DNA from: a virus
Taxonomy: Duplodnaviria; Caudoviricetes
Virus record (IMG/VR): IMGVR_UViG_3300032330_002275
Span: 1-36,743 of that record
DNA length: 36,743 nucleotides
Strand: one strand, 5' to 3'
Part shown: in pieces, positions 27,737 to 35,701 of the stretch
Layout: every line of letters starts with the position of its first letter
How positions within the stretch are numbered: the first letter of the stretch is position 1
Notes under the pieces: generated by a model
The model's input: the letters and a program-made list of their open reading frames with translations, nothing else
What the model was told of the DNA's origin: nothing
Databases searched by the model: none
Position numbers and translations under genes: made by a program

Positions 27737-28001
27737 GGATTGATATCACCTTTTTCTCTGCCTTTTTTTCTTCGCAATCTTCCCCTTTTTCCGTCTCTTC
27801 CCACAATGCACAACTCAAGTTTGTGAACGAGATCTCCACAATCCTATTGGGCGTCTTTGTCTTATGACGCGCTTCCACATTTCCACGCTCATTGATCTCA
27901 AGCTGAAAGCCTTCATCGATTGTCATGAAATTGTTGAGTTTACCAGCCAGTTGAACTGCTTGATGAATGTAGATGGCTTTCAAAGTCTTCTTGCTTTGCA
28001 T
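27723..28001 (-). CDS. Hypothetical protein upstream of terminase
   Basis: Packed between GNAT-like gene and terL; start uncertain (28001 or 28046). Confidence 0.55.
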   Translation of the reverse strand: MQSKKTLKAIYIHQAVQLAGKLNNFMTIDEGFQLEINERGNVEARHKTKTPNRIVEISFTNLSCALWEETEKGEDCEEKKAEKKVISIRARE

Positions 28002-28503
28002 AATATTTCTTTCTGTCTTGCAAAAGTTTGGGAACAAACAGTCCACTCCTCTTCAGCGTGGGAACGGATAGAAATCCACTTTCTGTCAAAAACGCATAAT
28101 ACTTTAACCCATCATAACCAAGTTTCTTGCTGACATTGTCCGCCTCTTCAGACAGCATCTTCGCAAGCCCAAACCCCCTAAAGGCATGCTTGATATACAA
28201 CCAATACAAACACTCAGGGTGGTACACCACAAAAGCACAAATGCTCGAAGCATCCTCTTTCAGCCTGATAACAAGAGCTTGCGTTTGATGATGGCTCAAC
28301 AGAGTGGTGACGACATCACGTGCATCACGATAATAGATGGGCCCATTGATGTACCTGTGTTCCGGAGATCTCCTCATCCCACAGATCCAGCTCCTCAACA
28401 CAAACGGCAAGTCGTTGACGCAAAGGTTGTCTAACCTCACAAGGTCGGAGATGTCTTTGTCTTCCCTTTCAGTCATATCAGTCATCTCAGTCATCTCAGT
28501 CAT
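27940..28503 (-). CDS. GNAT-family acetyltransferase-like protein
   Basis: LYWLYIKHAFRGFGLAKML matches acetyl-CoA-binding motif A. Confidence 0.7.
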   Translation of the reverse strand: MTEMTEMTDMTEREDKDISDLVRLDNLCVNDLPFVLRSWICGMRRSPEHRYINGPIYYRDARDVVTTLLSHHQTQALVIRLKEDASSICAFVVYHPECLYWLYIKHAFRGFGLAKMLSEEADNVSKKLGYDGLKYYAFLTESGFLSVPTLKRSGLFVPKLLQDRKKYYAKQEDFESHLHSSSSSTGW

Positions 28504-28816
28504 TTAGCACCACCCTACCTACCCTACCTACCGTGTTGTCTTTGTTGTCTTTGAAATGCCTCTCTTTCAACAGATCCACAGCCTCCTCCAGATCCTCATC
28601 GCTCATGGCACTCAAGCTTTTGTCGGGCAACACATCCTTTGCCGCCTTTGCATATTGAGAGATTTGATTGCCAACAAGAGACAACTTGCTCAAAGACCTT
28701 TGGCTCAAAGTCCCACTCCTGCTCTCCACTTGCAGTTGGTTGAGCTCCCGTGCCAAGACGATGCCCAACCCCCTCAGGAGTTGTTCAGCGGTGTGAATGT
28801 TCGTTAACCTGCTCAT
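28496..28816 (-). CDS. Probable terminase small subunit-like protein
   Basis: Small helical, LSAMSDEDL C-terminal motif, first gene of the terL operon; GGAG SD. Confidence 0.5.
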   Translation of the reverse strand: MSRLTNIHTAEQLLRGLGIVLARELNQLQVESRSGTLSQRSLSKLSLVGNQISQYAKAAKDVLPDKSLSAMSDEDLEEAVDLLKERHFKDNKDNTVGRVGRVVLND

Positions 28817-28827
28817 AGGGGGTCTCC

Positions 28828-29382
28828 ATGGAACTGATTGCCAATGATAACGTGGATGCCGAAGATGCAGATCTGGGTGTGCAAGCTGTGCAAGCTTACC
28901 AGATCCCTCCGTCACCATATGCCCTAAGCCTAAACGATTTCTCCTCTTGTTTGATCAAACACCTCAACCTCGATGAGCCTGGTCTTGCGCAAAAGTGTGA
29001 AGAGGCATACATGAAATCACCATTTCATCTCGCTGAGTTGTGGGGAAGACTTCAGGGTTTGCACCACCTCAAAGTTGACCAGTATTATGGCTTCTGTCAC
29101 AAGCTCCACCATCAAGACTCAATTCGTGAAATGTATCTTTTTTTTGTCGCACAAGTTGGTGCTTACATGAAATGCAAGATTTCAAAAGCATTGGCCATCG
29201 ATGGGTTTAAACTTTACGAGAAGTGGGCATACCTGAATTATATCAAAGTCAACGGTGCTCAACCAGAAAGGCGTTCCACACATCCATACTACGGCTCTGA
29301 CGCATACCTAAAACAGCAAGCAGAAAAAAGAGAGCAGATCATGGCTAAGAGGGAAGCTGCAAAGACAAACGCCTATCCGTGA
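28828..29382 (+). CDS. Hypothetical protein with DxIxEMYL motif
   Basis: 184 aa, AGGGGG SD; QDSIREMYL. Confidence 0.65.
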   Translation: MELIANDNVDAEDADLGVQAVQAYQIPPSPYALSLNDFSSCLIKHLNLDEPGLAQKCEEAYMKSPFHLAELWGRLQGLHHLKVDQYYGFCHKLHHQDSIREMYLFFVAQVGAYMKCKISKALAIDGFKLYEKWAYLNYIKVNGAQPERRSTHPYYGSDAYLKQQAEKREQIMAKREAAKTNAYP

Positions 29383-29409
29383 TACGATAAGCGAAAAAGA
29401 GGGCTCACC

Positions 29410-29742
29410 ATGACAGCTGCACTCACAAAACCGTATTCTGTTTTTACAAACATATCTATGACTTCTCTTGTGTCTTCTGTGGCCATAGATGTCAGTCGCC
29501 TTATTTACGGCTCCGTTTCCGTTTGGTGGACAGGCACACCGACAGGAACCGTGATTGCCGAAGCACAAAATGGCGACGCTCCCTGGATCGCAATCACAGG
29601 CTTGACGGCAACAACAGGCGGGGCATCGGGAAATGCACTTTTTACCTTTACAATACTTCCGTTTGAAAAAATAAGACTCACATACACACCCTCGTCCGGA
29701 ACTGGAACGCTGAACGCAATCCTTGTAGCGAAAGGATATTGA
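29410..29742 (+). CDS. Small beta-rich fibre base/adaptor protein, copy 1
   Basis: Paralog of 30629-30973 (WTG, QNG..W.A, FEKIR, SGTGTL.A). Confidence 0.7.
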   Translation: MTAALTKPYSVFTNISMTSLVSSVAIDVSRLIYGSVSVWWTGTPTGTVIAEAQNGDAPWIAITGLTATTGGASGNALFTFTILPFEKIRLTYTPSSGTGTLNAILVAKGY

Positions 29743-29747
29743 TTCAT

Positions 29748-30632
29748 ATGAGCTCATCAAATCCAATATTCCCACCTGTCGCAAGCGGTGGTGGCGGGGG
29801 TGGAAACGGCTCTTTCATTGTGCTTGATGCAGATGTTGGAGCATCAGCGGCTATACAGGGCTCTAAAATCACACCCTCTTTTGGCAACCAGATTGTTTCA
29901 ACTTCTAGCACAGTACCCTCCACTTCGACGACAACAGGGGCTTTGATTGTCAGCGGTGGAGCAGGAATCAGTGGGGCAATGCACGTCGGCGGAGATGTGA
30001 CGGTCGGCGGCGGTAGTAGCTTTGCGGGACTGACAAACACTGGCACCACAACTCTTGCAACCAACGCTGGCGTGCTTCACTCCTCTTCCGGCGGCGTTGT
30101 GAGTAGCTCAACCATTGTCAATGCTGACGTGGATTCTGCTGCCTCTATTGATGGGACAAAAGTTGTTGCTGCGTCGGCACTGGTTGGTGGTGTGTTGACC
30201 ACAGGTGCTCAAACCATAGCCGGAAACAAAACATTTTTGAATGACGTGATTGTTTCAACAGGAGGTGTCGGAGCCAACATGGCGTTAACCAGTCGTGGCG
30301 GTTATTTTGGAGGTGGGTCGCCGCTTTTAGGTGAATCCCAAGTGAGCATTTCTTTTAGGCAATCTTCCAGTACGGGTTACATATGTGCGTGGGGAAGCGC
30401 TGGGCAAGGCTTTCCGAAATTCGAATTTCATCTGTATGACAGCAGTGAAACCAAGTTTATTCCACTCATACTAACTACTAATTCCGCGTCCATAGCTGGC
30501 AACTTTGCCTGCAATGGTGTGACGCCAGTTGGAAACCCCACCGTTAACGCCGCTTGCACGGACTTGGCCAGTGTCATCGCTCTTGTCAATCAATTGAGAA
30601 CCGCTCTCATCAATACGGGGATCGTGAAATGA
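29748..30632 (+). CDS. Fibre/spike protein 2
   Basis: G/S/T rich, GALIVSGGAGI, QTIAGNKTF, C-terminal VNQLRTALINTGIV. Confidence 0.7.
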   Translation: MSSSNPIFPPVASGGGGGGNGSFIVLDADVGASAAIQGSKITPSFGNQIVSTSSTVPSTSTTTGALIVSGGAGISGAMHVGGDVTVGGGSSFAGLTNTGTTTLATNAGVLHSSSGGVVSSSTIVNADVDSAASIDGTKVVAASALVGGVLTTGAQTIAGNKTFLNDVIVSTGGVGANMALTSRGGYFGGGSPLLGESQVSISFRQSSSTGYICAWGSAGQGFPKFEFHLYDSSETKFIPLILTTNSASIAGNFACNGVTPVGNPTVNAACTDLASVIALVNQLRTALINTGIVK

Positions 30633-30973
30633 GTCAAACACGCAGGTATATCAACCCATTTAACGTCATCGTCAATGGAGACATGAGCGCAAGCATCACG
30701 GGAGCAGAAGTCTCTTTGAGAGACGTGGACGACGTGGCTCTCGTGTACTCCTGGACCGGTACCGCTCCTTTGGGCGAGGTCAAAGCGTATGTTCAAAACG
30801 GCACAAGCGCATGGACCGCTTTGGCCATTGCTCCTGCGGCTGCGGTCAGTGGTGCAAGCGGTGCTAACAACATTATGATAACAAACGTCTCTTTTGAGAA
30901 GATACGCTTTGACTATGTGCGCACATCAGGCACTGGCACCCTATCCGCAACGCTCACAGGAAAGGGGCGATAA
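30629..30973 (+). CDS. Small beta-rich fibre base/adaptor protein, copy 2
   Basis: ATGA-coupled; paralog of 29410-29742. Confidence 0.7.
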   Translation: MSQTRRYINPFNVIVNGDMSASITGAEVSLRDVDDVALVYSWTGTAPLGEVKAYVQNGTSAWTALAIAPAAAVSGASGANNIMITNVSFEKIRFDYVRTSGTGTLSATLTGKGR

Positions 30974-33147
30974 TGACGTCTTTCTTTCCTCCTCAAGTGT
31001 CGTCAAATGCAGCCTCTGTCCCGACATACGCAAACTTTGCTTCCCTTCCAATCACTGGCACTCAAGGCGATTTGGCCATAACGCTGGATACCAACACACT
31101 CTATGAATACACGGGCACTGCGTGGGGGGCTGTGGGCACCGCTGGCAGTACCATCGTTGCCGTGGCAGATACGGCTAAGATTGACCTAACCAACACAGCA
31201 GGGACACTCAGTGCCACTGTCGTTGCCGGTAGCTTGAACAACACCGATGTGGCAACAGGTGCAGGCATCGCCGTCAACAAACTTGCCGCTGTGACCGCCT
31301 CCAGAGCCCTCACGTCTGACGCCTCCGGATATGTGAGCGCCAGCAGTGTGACAAGCACAGAACTGGGCTATGTGAGTGGTGTGAGTTCGGCCATTCAGAC
31401 ACAAATCAACAGCAAGGCCTCTTCCGCAAGCCCCACGTTCACGGGCACCATCACGGTACCGGTTGGACCTGGAGTGATGAAGGCGTCCGTCATTGGCTCT
31501 GTATCGGCGTCGAGCATTGTGGACAGTGATGTGTCGGCCAGTGCCGCTATAGCCGTCACAAAGATTGCCAATGGCACTGCCAACCAACTTGTCGGTGCCA
31601 ATGCCGCAGGGAGCGCAAACGAGTTTAAGAGCCTGTCTGTGGGCACCACGGGCTCTGACTTTGCCATCGTCAATTCAGTAGGAGGCATTGCGTTCAACCT
31701 CCCCGATGCGGGAGCATCGACACGTGGGGTTGTGAGCACTGGCACTCAAACACTTGCCGGTGCTAAGACATTTTCTCAAATCACAACAGTCAGTAACACC
31801 ACAGTGTCCAACTCTCCCACAACCGGTGCACTGCTTGTGAGTGGAGGCGTGGGCATCGCAGGACAAGTGACCAGTGGAAGCCTACAAGTAGGAACCGTGG
31901 GCTCAGCCGCTGGAGCCATAACCGTCAACGATTCAGCAGGAGGTGCTGCTACCGTTGACAATTATGGCCCAACACCCACTGGCAACTACGGGTCCACCGC
32001 CTTCACATTTCGGTACTCGGATGGGGGTGGTGCCGCCACTGCTCTGACCATCACGCCCACCACCACCACGGTATCCTCCGCCCTCAAACTCAGCACGGGC
32101 ACTGGCATCCTCCACTCCTCTTCCGTGGGTGCAATCACGTCTTCCAACATCGTCAATGCTGACGTGGATTCTGCTGCCGCCATTGCCGTTACAAAGCTCG
32201 CTAATGGCACTGCCAACCAACTCTTGGGAACAAACTCTGGCGCCACTGGAAACGAGTTCAAGACGCTGTCCGTCGGAACGACTGGCACTGACTTCGCCAT
32301 TGCTCACTCAGCAGGCGGTGTTGCCTTTAACCTCCCTGATGCCAGCGCATCGGCTAGAGGAGTTGTCACGACAGGCACACAGACGCTTGCAGGCGCAAAG
32401 ACTTTAAGCGGGATCACAACAGTTAGTAACGCCACTGCGTCCACAACCGCTGGAACTGGGGCGTTGGTTGTTACGGGTGGAACAGGGATCGGCGGGGCTC
32501 TCAATGTCACAAGTTATGGGAAGTTTTCAGACTCCGTGATTATTGCGGGGGCTGCCACTAACCCAGCAGCTGGACAAGGTTCTATTGGTGTTGCGGGAGC
32601 GTCGCTTTATATATCTCAACTTGGGACAACTTCCGGAGCATCCCACAACGGTGTCATAAATTTGACAGCATATGATTCAGCCATTGCTAACGGCAAATCT
32701 CTGGTGATCACATCGGGAGGTGTGACTGTTACTGCTACCACAGCCGCCACCACAAAATCTTCCGGCGCTCTTGTTGTGTCAGGTGGGGTAGGGATTGGTG
32801 GTGCTGCGGTAGTCAACTCTATAGCCGCTATTGGAGCAGGAACAGCTGGCAATACAACAGGGAATCATCCATACCTAGCGTGTAAGATCATAACCGGCAC
32901 CACCAATGCATCGCAAGGTGCAGGTGTGACTGTGGCCCACGGTTTAACAGGATCAACTATTGTCGCATACAGTGGAATTGTGGATTACTCCGGCAATGGA
33001 GATTCTGTTCCTCTAGGGTTTACGGGAGCGGGTTATCAGTCTACTTGTAATGTGAACATCACTAACGTTGCCGTTGACAATGTGTCTGGCTCAAGCGCAT
33101 CAATATTAAGTAAAACATTTAAGATTCTAATTTGGTATACAGCTTAA
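30973..33147 (+). CDS. Fibre/spike protein 3 with internal duplication
   Basis: VTSTELGYVSGVSSAIQTQIN, repeated QTLAGAKT and GALxVxGGxGI, C-terminal AHGL...ILIWYTA. Confidence 0.75.
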   Translation: MTSFFPPQVSSNAASVPTYANFASLPITGTQGDLAITLDTNTLYEYTGTAWGAVGTAGSTIVAVADTAKIDLTNTAGTLSATVVAGSLNNTDVATGAGIAVNKLAAVTASRALTSDASGYVSASSVTSTELGYVSGVSSAIQTQINSKASSASPTFTGTITVPVGPGVMKASVIGSVSASSIVDSDVSASAAIAVTKIANGTANQLVGANAAGSANEFKSLSVGTTGSDFAIVNSVGGIAFNLPDAGASTRGVVSTGTQTLAGAKTFSQITTVSNTTVSNSPTTGALLVSGGVGIAGQVTSGSLQVGTVGSAAGAITVNDSAGGAATVDNYGPTPTGNYGSTAFTFRYSDGGGAATALTITPTTTTVSSALKLSTGTGILHSSSVGAITSSNIVNADVDSAAAIAVTKLANGTANQLLGTNSGATGNEFKTLSVGTTGTDFAIAHSAGGVAFNLPDASASARGVVTTGTQTLAGAKTLSGITTVSNATASTTAGTGALVVTGGTGIGGALNVTSYGKFSDSVIIAGAATNPAAGQGSIGVAGASLYISQLGTTSGASHNGVINLTAYDSAIANGKSLVITSGGVTVTATTAATTKSSGALVVSGGVGIGGAAVVNSIAAIGAGTAGNTTGNHPYLACKIITGTTNASQGAGVTVAHGLTGSTIVAYSGIVDYSGNGDSVPLGFTGAGYQSTCNVNITNVAVDNVSGSSASILSKTFKILIWYTA

Positions 33148-33203
33148 AGCTTAAAGTGCGCTAAAATCTTTTGTGCTAAAATCTGTGTAGGGGGTGATTT
33201 TAT

Positions 33204-33653
33204 ATGCTCATACCGGCCACTGTCATCAGTTTCCTGGCTCCTAAAATACTGTCGTTTTTTATGCAAGGCATCGCAAGTTCCAAGCACCTCATCTTTCACG
33301 AAGTGGGCGATTCTCTTATCAAAGCTGGCACAGATGAGTATGCCAAAAACAAAATCTTCATTGAGAGATGGATCAAAGACGTTGTCCCTGGAGATATGTT
33401 CGACCAGATCGTTGTCGTGATCGTAGAAAAGATTGTTGAGTTTGCCATCATCGAGATCAAAAAGTTTGTGGAAGAAGAGGTGGACAAGCACGACAACCCG
33501 AACAAGGCCGAGGCTGCCAAAGAGGTCATTGCCAAACTTGCCGATATGTCAGAAACTTCTGAAGTTGTAGACAAACTTGCACACTCTGTTGTCAAAGACA
33601 CCATGCAAGAGTTGACCAAACAAGGGGCTAACAAAGAGGTGATCACTTTATGA
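33204..33653 (+). CDS. Putative holin-like/lysis-associated protein
   Basis: Hydrophobic N-terminus and central segment, overlapping the lysin candidate. Confidence 0.45.
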   Translation: MLIPATVISFLAPKILSFFMQGIASSKHLIFHEVGDSLIKAGTDEYAKNKIFIERWIKDVVPGDMFDQIVVVIVEKIVEFAIIEIKKFVEEEVDKHDNPNKAEAAKEVIAKLADMSETSEVVDKLAHSVVKDTMQELTKQGANKEVITL

Positions 33654-34156
33654 ACCAAAATGGAGTGTCTGGAGTGTCGTTCACACTAAAAAGGCTAAAT
33701 CCTGTTATGCACCTGTCCAGCGGATGCGTTAAGCTTCACCTTCAGATGCGCAGTGGACCTGAGTATGGGAAAAAAATGCTAGATATCGTTGTCTGTAGTG
33801 GACAACCTGACTATCAATTCTTTCGCAAAGCAGGAGATCCTAGAAACGTTCCTGGCAACATGGAGCCACTCCCTCAAGGCGTATACACAGTAGGCGATAT
33901 TGAGTGGGCCAATGGCAAGAACAGTTATACCGGTTCTTGGGGTCTAGGATTGGGGCCTGTATGGGTGCCCATCACATGTGCCGAAGAAAAGAATCGAGGA
34001 GGCTTTGGCATCCACTTAGATGCCAATAGAGACACCTGTCCAGGCACAGCAGGTTGCGTTGGGATACTGGATTTGTCCACGGATCTTTACCATTTAGTAG
34101 CAGCACTGCGTGCAGGGGATCCCAAGACACTGGTTGTGGACTGGGGTTTGGATTGA
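33650..34156 (+). CDS. L,D-transpeptidase-fold (YkuD/Tlde1-like) protein, candidate lysin
   Basis: PLPQGVYTVG and GIHLDAN...GTAGCV His...Cys motif. Confidence 0.7.
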   Translation: MNQNGVSGVSFTLKRLNPVMHLSSGCVKLHLQMRSGPEYGKKMLDIVVCSGQPDYQFFRKAGDPRNVPGNMEPLPQGVYTVGDIEWANGKNSYTGSWGLGLGPVWVPITCAEEKNRGGFGIHLDANRDTCPGTAGCVGILDLSTDLYHLVAALRAGDPKTLVVDWGLD

Positions 34157-34217
34157 GTGGATTGAGTGGATTGAGTGGATTGAGTGGATTGAGTGGATTG
34201 AGTGGATTGAGTGGATT
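34150..34217. repeat. (GGATTGAGT)7.5 perfect tandem repeat
   Basis: Seven full 9-bp units plus GGATT between convergent genes. Confidence 0.95.
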
Positions 34218-34222
34218 TGAGG

Positions 34223-34717
34223 CTAGCCCGTTTTTACCCACCCTTCAGCCTCCAGCCTTTGCTCCGCCGACATGGGGAGTTTTGGTATTGGCCATGGCGT
34301 TGTGTGTAATCGGAAAGCCTTTTGCAAATCTTCCAATGAACGCACCATCACGGCCAATCCTCCGCGATTGCTCACCTTTCTCAAGAAGTCTTCCTGTTCT
34401 TGTGTGAGCTTTCCGGTCTTGCTTTTTACCTCTACGGCCAATATCTTCCCATCGGGCAACACACCTAAAATGTCTGACACACCATTGATGCGGCCTATGC
34501 CTTGCACCTTGATGTAGGCTTGACGGCCATGGCTCCAAAAGGCACCACTGTTGTTTCGCCATACAAAGTAGCCGCTAAAGATAAGGGCTTCTAAGATTTC
34601 TCTTTGGATATCAGTTTCAGATCTTTTGGGCTTGGGCTTTGGCTTGGGCTTGGTAGAAGAGGTAGGCTTGGTAGAAGAGGTAGGCTTGGGGTTGGGCTTT
34701 TGGTTGGGAGGTGGCAT
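34223..34717 (-). CDS. VRR-NUC domain nuclease (resolvase-like)
   Basis: ETDIQREI, WRNNSG, GVSDIL, AVEVK, LTQEQEDF; ATG 34717 preferred. Confidence 0.9.
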   Translation of the reverse strand: MPPPNQKPNPKPTSSTKPTSSTKPKPKPKPKRSETDIQREILEALIFSGYFVWRNNSGAFWSHGRQAYIKVQGIGRINGVSDILGVLPDGKILAVEVKSKTGKLTQEQEDFLRKVSNRGGLAVMVRSLEDLQKAFRLHTTPWPIPKLPMSAEQRLEAEGWVKTG

Positions 34718-34832
34718 AAAGTGCCTCACAGAATTAAAACACAAGACCAATGAGACAATTGCCCGTAAACAACTGATACGCCTGTGGGAGAGGACTGAGC
34801 TTGTGAAAAAGGAGACTGTGAGGCACTCAAAT

Positions 34833-34841
34833 ATTATAGCA
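34833..34841 (-). promoter_or_regulatory. Extended -10 promoter upstream of VRR-NUC gene
   Basis: TGCTATAAT on the minus strand. Confidence 0.55.
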
Positions 34842-35000
34842 CACACAGAACACACATTTGTGTGAGAAGTCAAATAGGCAAGCAGTCAAGTGTGTGAGCA
34901 TAAAAACATAGGACTGCACGCCATTGATGCGAATGGTTTTCCAACCGTGACCAAACTGGAAAGTGATCTTCCGATGTTGACGTGCAGAGATGAGATCATC

Positions 35001-35615
35001 TCAGAAAGGAACATCGTCTGTAAAGTGCCCTCTCCCAGTAGAAGGGCTATCAGTACCAGTACCACCAGTACCACCGAAACCGCCAGAGCTGCTAAGACCA
35101 CCAAGCGTAGGGATGCTAGGGGCACCAGGGAGCGCAGTGACGTACTTGTCCCTAGGAAGCGGGCTCACAGAGCCACTACGGTGCTTCCCGTCAGTGTTGT
35201 AGTATGTACCTACCTTCGCCTCCATATCACCACCAAGGCCCTTCTTATGGTATAAGCGCAACACAAGCTGCTTGCCCACAATCAAAGACGGCAACTCCTC
35301 TAAGTCAAACCCATCCTGCAATCCTGCCGCAAAGCAAATATCTGCTAACATCATACGGCCAATACGCTCACTGTCAGGCTTGCCCTGAAGCGTGTAAGTC
35401 TGGTTGTCCCACACATACCGATCCTTGTACTTCGAGTCGCTATACATGCAGTCCAACACATACTGAAATGCCCAATAAGTCCCAGTGCTCGCCCGGTTGT
35501 GCTTCAACTCACAGTTTACAACACTGCACTCGTATACACCCACTGGGAGTATAGTGAACTGTGTACCACCCTTCGGGGCCTCTGCTGTGTACTCGCTAAA
35601 GGAAAATATAGCCAT
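35001..35615 (-). CDS. DUF669-like ssDNA-binding protein
   Basis: LPVGVYECSV, YKDRYVWD, LVLRL, Gly-rich linker, DDVPF tail; AAGGAG SD; next to AAA_24. Confidence 0.8.
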   Translation of the reverse strand: MAIFSFSEYTAEAPKGGTQFTILPVGVYECSVVNCELKHNRASTGTYWAFQYVLDCMYSDSKYKDRYVWDNQTYTLQGKPDSERIGRMMLADICFAAGLQDGFDLEELPSLIVGKQLVLRLYHKKGLGGDMEAKVGTYYNTDGKHRSGSVSPLPRDKYVTALPGAPSIPTLGGLSSSGGFGGTGGTGTDSPSTGRGHFTDDVPF

Positions 35616-35701
35616 GAGTGATCTCCTTTTTACATTCTGCTATTATGCGTTTTTTTGGCTTATACTCGCTTGCCTTGTTTGGCTCATCATCTGCTAAAGG
35701 C

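Noticed and set aside
31516-32496. Fibre duplication as a DGR template/variable pair
   Set aside because: Differences are not adenine-specific, both copies are coding, no reverse transcriptase
33972-34407. ORFs with NPL or GLS repeats
   Set aside because: Readings of the 9-bp repeat overlapping real genes
34886-35255. ORFs 34886-35125 (-) and 34890-35255 (+)
   Set aside because: Overlap the DUF669-like gene, no recognisable features
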